In this document: positions 19,649 through 28,488 of the stretch, piece after piece
How the letters are laid out: each line of letters starts with the position of its first letter
Numbering within the stretch: position 1 is the stretch's first letter
NCBI GenBank assembly: GCA_963842805.1
Contig: CAWJIA010000016.1
Coordinates: forward strand, 83,075 to 147,074
Direction of reading: 5' to 3'
From: an uncultured Chloroflexia bacterium
GTDB lineage: Bacteria; Chloroflexota; Dehalococcoidia; GIF9; UBA5629
DNA: 64,000 nt
The notes under the pieces: generated by a model
Told to the model about the DNA's origin: nothing
Seen by the model: only the letters and a program-made list of their open reading frames with translations
Databases searched by the model: none
Made by a program: the position numbers and the translations under genes

Positions 19649-20356
19649 ATGGAATTGCCAACGCGCATATCCAAAAGGATTGTACCTGTGGCAGCAAGGA
19701 TAATTATAGCGTACCCGAGAGAGTTGGGCAGGGAAGGCCTCGCAAGGACACTGACTGATAGGACTGAGTTTCACATAGTAGGCAGGTGCTCCACTGGTCG
19801 GAAGACGATAGAGCGGGCTGGTCGGATCAAACCGGATATCATAATTCTGAGTTCAGAAATTTCCGAGTGCGGCTGCATCGAAGTTATAGAGGGGGTAAAA
19901 CAACTTTCACCGAAGACTCACATAATTATCCTCAGCGTATTCCAAGACGGGAAGGAACTTTCGCTAGCCCTGAAAGCAGGTGCCAAAGCATATTTGGGCC
20001 ATCGCACTTCAGTCCGCGAGATCATATCAGCCATTCGTCATGTGCAGACCGGCGGAGTCGTTATCAGCGCTAATTTCGTGGACAAACTGCTCGCTTCTGG
20101 TGTGAAATCCGAGATAGACTATGACTTAAGTGACCGAGAAGTAGATATCATCAAACTGCTGGCTAAAGGCCTTTCTAACGAAGAAATTGCGAGCACTTTG
20201 TTTATCTCAAAACACACAGTGAAGGTACATTTGAGCCATATTATGGAGAAGATGCATGTGCATAGTCGGCAACGGGCCGCCATTTTGGCAATACAGTCAG
20301 GGGTCGCAATTAATGAGCCCGAAACCAAAGTACCTCAAAAGCTAGGGACAAGTTGA
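19649..20356 (+). CDS. LuxR/NarL-family response regulator with atypical (phospho-acceptor-less) receiver domain
   Basis: The C-terminal LSDREVDIIKLLAKGLSNEEIASTLFISKHTVKVHLSHIMEKM is a LuxR HTH. In the receiver, IIIAYPRELGREGL has DD replaced by AY, and PDIIILSSE has Ser at the phospho-acceptor position. Confidence 0.7.
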   Translation: MELPTRISKRIVPVAARIIIAYPRELGREGLARTLTDRTEFHIVGRCSTGRKTIERAGRIKPDIIILSSEISECGCIEVIEGVKQLSPKTHIIILSVFQDGKELSLALKAGAKAYLGHRTSVREIISAIRHVQTGGVVISANFVDKLLASGVKSEIDYDLSDREVDIIKLLAKGLSNEEIASTLFISKHTVKVHLSHIMEKMHVHSRQRAAILAIQSGVAINEPETKVPQKLGTS

Positions 20357-20507
20357 AATCTGGGTGGCGCCACCTTTTACTCGCAGGTTCTGGTATAAGT
20401 TGATCATAAAAAAACTAATTAAGCAGGGGACGTAAAAACGCTAACGCCAGGTAGGTAAACTAGTTTTCCATAGAAGAGTCTGAACAAGTACTTCAGTGTC
20501 TATTCTT

Positions 20508-21782
20508 TTAGGAATTTCTCTTGTTTTTGTCTCCCATAAAGTAGCCTACCCAATAATGCCAAGGTCTGATTGAAAGCAATTCATCGTCAAGAACTGTTTT
20601 TTCTAACTCTGCCAGGTTATCTTTTCTTAGCATCTTTGAAAACAGTAAGCCAGCAAACTCACAGCTATTGATTAGTTGCACGCCTGCCAACCTTTTTTCC
20701 GCAATAATTAACCTATAATATCTTGAGCCGGTAGTCCTTTCGACCACATCGTAGTCATTCTGGCTTTTAAAGCAGGCCGCAGACTTCCCAAAAGATAACG
20801 CATAAGTGCCAAAGACTTCCAGACTAGTGGCGTTAATAGAACCTATAAACCTTCTTCGTTGCCCAGCACAATTAAAACCTGCGATCGATCCTTGCCTCCT
20901 TGCATTGGGCCAAAGCAGGCTTAAAGTGTTCTCGCTGGTGACAGCGTCTTTTGCCTCAATGCAATCGCCACAAGCATATATATTCTCCATGTTTGTCGCC
21001 ATATAATCATCGGTTCTTATGCCACCGTGGGATCCAATCTCCAATCCCATAGTCTCCGCCAATTCCGTGTTTGGCTTTACACCCACTGCCATTATAACCA
21101 TGTCGCATGGTAACTCATTGCCATCAGTGACTATACCTTTCACGCTTTCATCACCGATGATCTCACTCGCTTTTTTTTCTGTTAGAATCTTAATGCCCTG
21201 ACGTTCCATTATTTCCCTAAGGATTGAAGATGCGCAGTCATCAAAAAGTCTGGGTAATATACGATTAAATAGTTCGATAATACTCACTTCTAGCCCCTTT
21301 TTACGAAAAGCTATAGCCATCTCAATCCCTATGGGGCCAGACCCCACAACAACAACTTTCTTAGCGGGGTAATCGAAGATAAATTGGGCATCATCGATTG
21401 TCTTTGGAGCGAAAATCCCTTTCTTACCAACCCCTTTAATGGGGGGAATAACAGGTTTGCTACCTGTTGCCAAAACAAGCTTATCGAATTGGATACTTTT
21501 GTCGTCAATGACAACTTCTTTTATTCGAGCGTCTACCCGTGACACCTTGTTACCAAAGATTACTTTTATCCTATGCTCAGAATAGTCCTGGGACTTTTTG
21601 AGGAATAGTTTTTCTTTCTCCATCTCGCCCGCCAAATACTTATAGAATGCACACGGAGAATATAGTGGATATCTCTCTTCAGAAATAATCGTAATACCAA
21701 CATCTCTATCGAATTTTCTAATTGCTTCGGCAGCGCTATTTCCTGCAATGCCATTACCTATGATTATGATATCTTGACTCAC
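20508..21782 (-). CDS. FAD-dependent pyridine-nucleotide-disulfide oxidoreductase family protein (AorC-like NAD-binding subunit of tungsten AOR)
   Basis: IIIIGNGIAGNSAAEAIRKF is an FAD-binding motif, and VVVVGSGPIGIEMAIAF is a second Rossmann fold. The gene is immediately downstream of the AOR gene. Confidence 0.65.
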   Translation of the reverse strand: MSQDIIIIGNGIAGNSAAEAIRKFDRDVGITIISEERYPLYSPCAFYKYLAGEMEKEKLFLKKSQDYSEHRIKVIFGNKVSRVDARIKEVVIDDKSIQFDKLVLATGSKPVIPPIKGVGKKGIFAPKTIDDAQFIFDYPAKKVVVVGSGPIGIEMAIAFRKKGLEVSIIELFNRILPRLFDDCASSILREIMERQGIKILTEKKASEIIGDESVKGIVTDGNELPCDMVIMAVGVKPNTELAETMGLEIGSHGGIRTDDYMATNMENIYACGDCIEAKDAVTSENTLSLLWPNARRQGSIAGFNCAGQRRRFIGSINATSLEVFGTYALSFGKSAACFKSQNDYDVVERTTGSRYYRLIIAEKRLAGVQLINSCEFAGLLFSKMLRKDNLAELEKTVLDDELLSIRPWHYWVGYFMGDKNKRNS

Positions 21783-21852
21783 GGAACGTACTCTCCTCTA
21801 TAAGACAAATCTAGAAACGCTCGACCTCGATAGGCTAATTGTTTCTCCCGGC

Positions 21853-23823
21853 TTAGTTGATTGGATATCCTGATTTCTCAAGGTCATCAACAATGTCTTT
21901 GAGACCGACATCTACAAGTTTCTTTCTTGTTGGTATCCCAAGCTGCGTATCCCACCCGCTTTCGTTGTAGAAATCATCCAGTATTTGTTCACAGTCGGCG
22001 GGCGTTAATCGTTTTCCCCAATAGTCTTCTAAGTGAGTCTCTATCCCATGTCTTATCACGGGCTCAAACCATCGATCAGGAAATTTATCATCTTTCCGCG
22101 TGAATCCTTCGCGTAGATTAAGAACCTTGAGCAAGTTGTATGATCTCGTACCAACTGCCAACAATTCACTTGATGTTATTTCTAAGCCAGTTACTGCCTT
22201 GTAAATTTCAACAGCTAATCTCATGTCATAGACTAAACCACCCCTCTCCCTTTCACACCCGATACCGAGCGAGTTAAAAATAAGGTTCCGTTCTTGAGTC
22301 CACTTAGTTAGGCGGCCAATGTTGTATCTACCAGGTTTATCGAAAATTCTCTCAATCGCGTCACCAGGCAAGCAGGTCGCTTCAGCCCACTTCTTAGCTA
22401 TTAGGTGAGCATCAGGTAGATCTCTCGTCATGTATAACGACATAATGGGTGCTCGCCCAGGATGAGCTCCTTTTGGATAGACAACCTGACCAAACTCAGT
22501 TATGCTTAGCCTGTTTATCCTAGCATCATAAAGGGGTGGCATTCCCTTGACATGTATGGCAAGCTTATCACAGCCTCTGCCAATCTTCTCGATACCGCTC
22601 AGCATCCCGCTGCCAAGGATGCTACCGAAATCTTCGTTTTGTGCTACCTGGGTAGCGAGTTTAATGGTGGTATCGAAGTCCCACTCAAGTGCCTGACCAC
22701 CTGTATCTTCCTTGGTTATTATGCCATTCTTGTACAATTCAACAGCCCAATCTATGATAGCTGTCAAATCATGTACACACAGGCCCATTCGCTGAAAATA
22801 ATCAAGGCATTTTACGAAACGGTTGAAACTTCCAACATTGGTGCGAGCTGCAAAATTTTCTAATCGCCCATAAAAGGATGAGCCATATGTGTCAAGACCA
22901 GCAAACTCGCCATCTCTTATCCGTACATGGTCCTTACAGCCTACCGGGCATGAAAAACAAGCAATTCTATCCCCCCTGATATTTTTTTCATATACCTCCC
23001 AGCCGTATAGTTTGCGAGCCTCATCAATCGAGAACGTTGTGGCCCAGTTCTTTTGAGAGGCTCCTTGCCTTTCAAACCAAACGGGAAAACCAATCATTGT
23101 TCCTAGTTCAATAAGTCTTCCGAGATTAGGGTCATTCTTAACACGCTCTATAAGTGGAGAGATTATTTGTTTGAGGTGATCAGGCTCTGCAATCTTCAGT
23201 CCCTTGCTACCATTCGCTACAATGGCTTTCATCTTCTTGGAACCCAGTACAGCCGGTAATCCGCCTTTGCCCAAAGTATGTACTTTGTCCACTAGGCCGA
23301 CAGTTGTATTCACCATGCGTTCACCGGCAGGGCCTATGGTAAATACGGAAGCGTTGTCATGCTCCTTCCATAATATGTCGGTGGTTTCAAAAATGTCTTT
23401 GCCCCATATGTGAGTGGCATCACAAATTTCAGCGTCATCGTTCAATATATTTAAGTAAACGGGTTTATTTGACTGGCCGACTATAATGACGTAATCATAA
23501 CCTGCCCATTTCATCATAGGCCCAAAGTCACCTCCGGCATGTGAGTTCTCAATAACGCCGTAGGTTGGGTGCTTGAAGAGGGCAAATACTCTGCTGCTCG
23601 CAGGTACTGGTGTGCCAACAATAGGACCTGCGCCGAGAATTACAGGACTATTCTCATCGAAAGGGTCCATTTTCGGCGGGATAAGGTCATAGGCCAATCG
23701 GAAATTTATACCCTCAGGACCTATATATTTCCTAATCAGTTCTATGTCGAGCGCTTTTTTTTCAATAGAACGGGTCGTCAAGTCCACTTTGAGGATACTT
23801 CCTGCATAACCTCCGATTTCCAT
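21853..23823 (-). CDS. aldehyde:ferredoxin oxidoreductase family tungsten enzyme (AorB-like)
   Basis: The N-terminus MEIGGYAGSILKVDLTTRSIEKKALDIELIRKYIGPEG is the canonical AOR N-terminal domain. At 656 aa the length fits. Confidence 0.85.
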   Translation of the reverse strand: MEIGGYAGSILKVDLTTRSIEKKALDIELIRKYIGPEGINFRLAYDLIPPKMDPFDENSPVILGAGPIVGTPVPASSRVFALFKHPTYGVIENSHAGGDFGPMMKWAGYDYVIIVGQSNKPVYLNILNDDAEICDATHIWGKDIFETTDILWKEHDNASVFTIGPAGERMVNTTVGLVDKVHTLGKGGLPAVLGSKKMKAIVANGSKGLKIAEPDHLKQIISPLIERVKNDPNLGRLIELGTMIGFPVWFERQGASQKNWATTFSIDEARKLYGWEVYEKNIRGDRIACFSCPVGCKDHVRIRDGEFAGLDTYGSSFYGRLENFAARTNVGSFNRFVKCLDYFQRMGLCVHDLTAIIDWAVELYKNGIITKEDTGGQALEWDFDTTIKLATQVAQNEDFGSILGSGMLSGIEKIGRGCDKLAIHVKGMPPLYDARINRLSITEFGQVVYPKGAHPGRAPIMSLYMTRDLPDAHLIAKKWAEATCLPGDAIERIFDKPGRYNIGRLTKWTQERNLIFNSLGIGCERERGGLVYDMRLAVEIYKAVTGLEITSSELLAVGTRSYNLLKVLNLREGFTRKDDKFPDRWFEPVIRHGIETHLEDYWGKRLTPADCEQILDDFYNESGWDTQLGIPTRKKLVDVGLKDIVDDLEKSGYPIN

Positions 23824-23837
23824 AGTAACTTTACCTC

Positions 23838-24344
23838 TTAGCCGAACGCGATATTCTGAAGCATTTCGCTAAGTTTTCGAATAGCTTCCTTTCGCCTAAG
23901 TATCGCAGCTTCATCCAGCGTAATATATTCTATGGCTCCATAACTGCAGAATTTTGCGCACAGTGGTTCGCCTCCACATAAGTCACATTTCACTGAATGT
24001 CCTGCTTCAGCATCTATCGATATCCCGCCGAGGGGACAGGCAATCATGCACATGCAGCAAGCAATGCATCTGTCAGCGTCAACAACCATCGCCCCTGTTT
24101 TATCGTCCCTCGATATAGCGCCCATTGGACAGACATCTGCACAGAGGGGTTTAACACATTGGCGACAGACTACAACTACATTTACATTGACTGCCCTCAA
24201 TCTAATTGGCAAAAGCCTCGAACTCCTTGGAGCAACAATGCTTCCATGTTGCATTGAACAAGCCAGTACACAAAGCATGCACCCCACACATTTTGCTGGA
24301 TTCACAAACAATACTTTCGGCATGATCCCTGAGTCGCTAGTCAC
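23838..24344 (-). CDS. poly-[4Fe-4S] ferredoxin (AorA-like electron-transfer subunit)
   Basis: Four CxxCxxCxxxCP-like motifs: CVGCMLCVLACS, CRQCVKPLCADVCP, CIACCMCMIACP and CDLCGGEPLCAKFC. Confidence 0.75.
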   Translation of the reverse strand: MTSDSGIMPKVLFVNPAKCVGCMLCVLACSMQHGSIVAPRSSRLLPIRLRAVNVNVVVVCRQCVKPLCADVCPMGAISRDDKTGAMVVDADRCIACCMCMIACPLGGISIDAEAGHSVKCDLCGGEPLCAKFCSYGAIEYITLDEAAILRRKEAIRKLSEMLQNIAFG

Positions 24345-24544
24345 GAAATGATGGCGTTAAAAAATTCTAGTAGGCATTGAGAACCTAACTGCTTTTTGTT
24401 TAGTACATAATTTTGCTTAAAAGATACTTCGTTAGTATTTTTATCGTACTGTGTTATGGCTTATATACTGGATACCTCTAGTTTTCAGCGGCTTTCATTT
24501 TTAATTTGGATCTCTAGCCCTTAATGTTACTCGCATATTATTCA

Positions 24545-24678
24545 CCTTTAACAGGATAGTGCACAAGTATTTCATTGTAAATCCCCCACAGGCGCTATTT
24601 GCGCAAAACCAAGGGCTAGTGTGGAATAGCTCTAATGTATTACCAGTCCCCATATCGCTACTCCCTATTTCTTAGCTG
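24545..24678 (-). promoter_or_regulatory. repeat element copy 3 (core only)
   Basis: Minus strand: -35 TTTACA (24576-24581), 17-nt spacer, -10 TATCCT (24553-24558). GCGCTATTTGCGCAA is present. It lies ~200 nt upstream of the aorA-like start at 24344. Confidence 0.6.
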
Positions 24679-24967
24679 AGTTTATTATAAGGGCCTCCCA
24701 TTTTTTGTATCAGCCTTAATGTAATTTTGCGGATCACATTTAGCCTTTGCAGCCGTCAATGCGTATTCGAGTGGAGCCAGATTCCCCAGCGCTCTGTGAG
24801 GCCGATCTCTATTATACTGCCGCCGCCAAGCGTCGCCTTTCTTCCGCCTGTACATTCCGTCAGATTGTTAGCCTGAACTGGAAGAATCGAATGCCTGGAC
24901 TACCTGTTCAACAAAAGATTGCCAGCCATAGTCTTTTAGTAGTTACGGCAGTCTATGACAGTCGTTG

Positions 24968-25207
24968 CTATGTAACACGGATTGTTTGGCAGGTAGTGGT
25001 GCGCTCAATGCCGCCAACCTTGTGAAGATGCCCGGTGATAAGCTTCCCCAGGGAGTCAACTGAGTCGCCTTCCACTTCTGCGATGATATCATAGGGTCCC
25101 ATCACAGCATCCACAGATTTGACACCGTCGAGCTTTTTAAGCTTGTTGAGTACTCCCTTAGTCTGGCCTACTGATGTGGTGACGAGTGCAAAAGCTTTGG
25201 CTACCAT
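24968..25207 (-). CDS. small Lrp/AsnC-type ligand-binding (RAM) domain protein
   Basis: 79 aa. FALVTTSVGQTKGVLNKLKKLDGVKSVDAVMGPYDIIAEVEGDSVDSLGKLI resembles a stand-alone AsnC C-terminal domain. Confidence 0.45.
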   Translation of the reverse strand: MVAKAFALVTTSVGQTKGVLNKLKKLDGVKSVDAVMGPYDIIAEVEGDSVDSLGKLITGHLHKVGGIERTTTCQTIRVT

Positions 25208-25564
25208 AGTATCACCCCCATATTTTCAGACTTTAGCTCGCAGCATTAGCTTTGCGCGTCACTATTGCCTAAAATTCTTGTACACCTCTTTTAAGCCACT
25301 TTGGCAAGGTTAAGCCATATGCCAAGTTTTCCCTTTTCTCGTCTTCTGTGACTTCCTTGTTTGTTTCACTCTCTCAGTCACCCCTGGCCTGAAGGAGTTA
25401 CGATTGACAGCCAAAAGAAGCTAGAGTGCCGCCCTGCACGATTTCCGAGTAAAAAAGAAATGAAGGATACTTCGCATTGCGCTAACCTAGGACCATTATT
25501 ATCGAACAACTGACGCCAAGCCGTGTATTGACGTACATCATCATATGACATAGACTGAATCTGG

Positions 25565-25927
25565 ATGCCAAATAAGATGTTGAACAGCGTGGATTATTCG
25601 TGGTTAGAGGTAATAAAGAAATCACTTGATTCTCTTGACCGACTCGCTTCCAGATTAAGAGCCGCAAGTCCTGGAGAAACCAGAAACGATTCTGAACTCA
25701 GAATGATCATCGCTGAACTTGAGGAGAACGCGTCAAGGGTTTCGAGACTATTGTCATTCGATAATACCAGAAAAGTATTCTCGAAATACCACATCACTCC
25801 ACATGAACTCTACGTGCTGGCTGCAAGTATTGACGATGATACCCAGAAATCCCTCCTGAGAGGCAATACTGCGACATTGAATTTAATTGCTGACAGGTTG
25901 TCGATCTTTCTATTTCGGCGCAGTTGA
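25565..25927 (+). CDS. hypothetical protein
   Basis: 120-aa ORF with no motif recognised. It ends where the recombinase frame opens. Confidence 0.3.
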   Translation: MPNKMLNSVDYSWLEVIKKSLDSLDRLASRLRAASPGETRNDSELRMIIAELEENASRVSRLLSFDNTRKVFSKYHITPHELYVLAASIDDDTQKSLLRGNTATLNLIADRLSIFLFRRS

Positions 25928-27498
25928 AGTCGCTTCGTGACTATGCCACTATAAACGAGCATGTGGTTGTCAGAGAATTCGTGGATGAGGCGAAGAGCGG
26001 GAAGACTTCGGCGCGTCCGGAATTCAGGAAGATGATAGCTATGGCACGGCATAAGCCCAGCCCTTTTGATTTAATATTGATCTGGAAATATTCACGTTTT
26101 GCCAGAAACCGGGAGGACTCCATATTGTACAAAACCATGCTGCGTAAGATGGGAGTCCAGGTCGTGTCGATCAACGAACCGGTGGAAGACACCACTACCG
26201 GCAAGCTCATGGAAGCTATCATAGAGTCGATGGACGAATTTTATTCCGTAAATCTGGGTGATGAAGTAACCAGAGTCATGCGCGAGAGCGCCTCTCGTGG
26301 TTTCCATGTTGGCAGCCATACTCCTTTCGGATACAGGAGAATTAAGGTTCACGACGGCGGCAAGGAGCGGCCCAAGCTCGAGATAGAACCGGATCAGGCG
26401 CACATCGTTAAGCGCATGTTTGAGCAGTTGGCAATCGGAAAAGGCTTGACCGACATAGTAAAGGATCTCAACAGGGAAGGCATATCGGGGCCCAAAGGAA
26501 ATGGATGGAGCAAAACCACAATCCACAAGATTCTAACCAACCCGGTATATACGGGCGTATTGGTCTGGAAAAAGAGCAGCATGCGCAATCTGCAGCCTAT
26601 CAGAGTGAACGATGTTTGGGAAGCAATTATTGATACAGCTACGTTCGAAAAAGCCCAGGCTACGCTTAGCAGCAGGGCTTTTATTAATACCCATCCCCAG
26701 CGCTCGGCCAGCCACTATTTTCTGAGCGGATTGGCCAAATGCGGCTACTGCGGCAAAGCTCTGGTCGGGCAGGACGCCAAGAGCGGGAAATTCAACTACT
26801 ACGTCTGCGGGACACTACTCAAGAAAGGATCAGGCTCATGTAAATCACGCTATCTCAATAGCCGCAAGTTTGAGAGGATAGTTATCGACAAGATCAAGGA
26901 GCGCATCCTCACCGAGGAAAACTTGCGTGAACTGGTTCGGCTTGTCAATGAAGAGATGGACACTGCCTTCAGCGAACATAGAGACCAACTCGATTCTGTA
27001 TTGAAGGAAATAGCTGAGGTCAATAGAAGGTTGGACCGGTTGTACGATGCCATCGAGACAGGCAAGGTTACCCTGGACGATTTATCTCAAAGGATAAAAC
27101 AACTCAAAGAACAAAAGGTTAAATTGGAGTCTCAGAAATGGGAACTGGAATGGCAGATGAAAGCCAGAAAAGTTGAGTTGGCAGATTTGGAAACGGTAAC
27201 TCAGTATGTAAATGAGTTACGTGATCTGCTTACCGAGAGTTCGATTGCTGAGAGGAAGTCTTTTATCAAGAGCTTTATCAAGGAAGTAGTTGTGACAGGT
27301 GATAAGGCAGAATTGAAGTACACGATTCCCTTATCAAGCGATGGACCGCTGGCAGAGAACCTGGAGGTTCCCCACATTGTACGCTATGGTGGAGATAGGG
27401 GGATTCGAACCCCCGACCTCTGCGATGCGAACGCAGCGCTCTCCCAATTGAGCTATATCCCCGGAAAGGTTTTTATACTAACAAAGGGCTCTGGATAG
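25924..27498 (+). mobile_element. large serine recombinase, N-terminally truncated (catalytic Ser motif absent; probable pseudogene/remnant)
   Basis: The resolvase-domain interior (SISAQLKSLRDYA...FDLILIWKYSRFARN) is followed by a recombinase domain and a coiled coil. An in-frame stop at 25891 leaves no room for the Y-x-R-V-S-x-x-Q catalytic segment. The only start is TTG at 25924. The 3' end reads through the antisense tRNA-Ala. Confidence 0.6.
27387..27462 (-). tRNA. tRNA-Ala (anticodon CGC)
   Basis: The reverse complement gives GGGGATATAGCTCAATTGGGAGAGCGCTGCGTTCGCATCGCAGAGGTCGGGGGTTCGAATCCCCCTATCTCCACCA. The acceptor stem is 7 bp with a G3-U70 pair, there is a GTTCGAATC T-loop, and the anticodon loop is TTCGCAT. 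Confidence 0.85.
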
Positions 27499-27608
27499 TG
27501 TCAAGATTTCCGCACTAAAAAAAGAAGCCCGCCGTTTCCATCGCCGGCGCTATAAGCCGTACGACAAAACAGCGGGCAATCATTCTTCTTAAATTCTAAT
27601 TACGGGCT

Positions 27609-27926
27609 TCAGCGCCTGCGCTGCGGCTTGCGTTTGCCGATGAAGCGGCCGTCCGATCTGCCGCCGCCCCTGCTGTCCGTGCGGGGCCGGGCCTCGCTGA
27701 TATCCAGCGTGCGCTCCTTTAGCATTTTCCCTTTTAAGCCGGTTAGAGCCGCCTGCCCTTCCTCTTTATTGGCCATTTCCACAAAAGCAAAGCCCCTGGG
27801 CTGGCCGCTATATTTATCTTTTATGAGGGCCACGGATGTCACTTCTCCGAAGGGGCTGAATTCCGCCTTCAGATCTTCTTCAGTCACATCGCGAGCCAGA
27901 TTGCCTACAAAAATGTTCATTTGCAT
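27609..27926 (-). CDS. RRM-type RNA-binding protein (glycine/arginine-rich tail)
   Basis: RNP2 is IFVGNL and RNP1 is RGFAFVEM. At 105 aa it ends in an RGG-rich C-terminus. Confidence 0.8.
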   Translation of the reverse strand: MQMNIFVGNLARDVTEEDLKAEFSPFGEVTSVALIKDKYSGQPRGFAFVEMANKEEGQAALTGLKGKMLKERTLDISEARPRTDSRGGGRSDGRFIGKRKPQRRR

Positions 27927-27975
27927 ACCTCCAAAAAATAATAAGACCGATTAATACCGTTTGCCGGTATGCCAG

Positions 27976-28006
27976 CTATATTCGATACGGGCCGTCGGCC
28001 CGTATC
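27976..28006. terminator. perfect 15-bp-arm palindrome, likely bidirectional terminator
   Basis: ATTCGATACGGGCCG-T-CGGCCCGTATCGAAT. It lies between the converging ends/starts of the zinc-ribbon and RRM genes. Confidence 0.45.
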
Positions 28007-28022
28007 GAATAAGATGAAGTAC

Positions 28023-28310
28023 TTAGCGTGATTTATTGGGACGGGTTTTGGCGTAGCAGGTCGCACAATATACAGGCCTGTCATCGCGGGGCTCGAAGGG
28101 GACTTCAGTGGCCTGTCCGCACTCAGCGCAGACGGCCGCGGTCATTTTGCGGGGTCCCCCGCCACCCATTCGCCTTGCCTGACGGCAGGTGGGGCAGCGT
28201 TTAGGCTCGTTAGTGTAGCCTTTGGACGCGAAAAACTCCTGTTCCTTGGCCGTGAACGTAAAACTGTTTGCGCATTCGGAGCATTGGATGTCTTTATCCT
28301 GAAAACTCAC
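28023..28310 (-). CDS. zinc-ribbon domain protein (two CxxC...CxxC pairs)
   Basis: CSEC..CPTC and CAEC..CATC. The 95-aa protein has a basic C-terminus. Confidence 0.55.
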   Translation of the reverse strand: MSFQDKDIQCSECANSFTFTAKEQEFFASKGYTNEPKRCPTCRQARRMGGGGPRKMTAAVCAECGQATEVPFEPRDDRPVYCATCYAKTRPNKSR

Positions 28311-28488
28311 CGGATAACCTCCTATTAGTTAGTTGGTTAGAGCTACGGTCATCCAGCGTTTGAGTAAATAGCGAATATTTTAACTTAATACCCGATAACC
28401 TTAAAACTTCAACCACCAGTATCAAGTATATAGCAAAAAAAGGGCATTGTAAAAAATCAGGCCGCTTTTACTACCCTCCGGAAGGAGG

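Noticed and set aside
25802-25840. YVLAASIDDDTQ in the 120-aa ORF as a possible frameshifted catalytic motif of the serine recombinase
   Set aside because: The spacing does not match Y-x-R-V-S-T-D-x-Q, and the rest of that ORF does not resemble a resolvase N-terminus.
26092-26715. ORFs of 144, 64 and 60 aa antisense to the serine recombinase
   Set aside because: They overlap the recombinase domain frame and have no motifs.
27387-27462. Direct repeat of the tRNA-Ala 3' end marking the other island end (att site)
   Set aside because: I searched the window by eye for GATTCGAACCCCCGACC-like fragments and found none. The only similar string (37165-37185) belongs to tRNA-Glu. The other boundary is probably outside the window.
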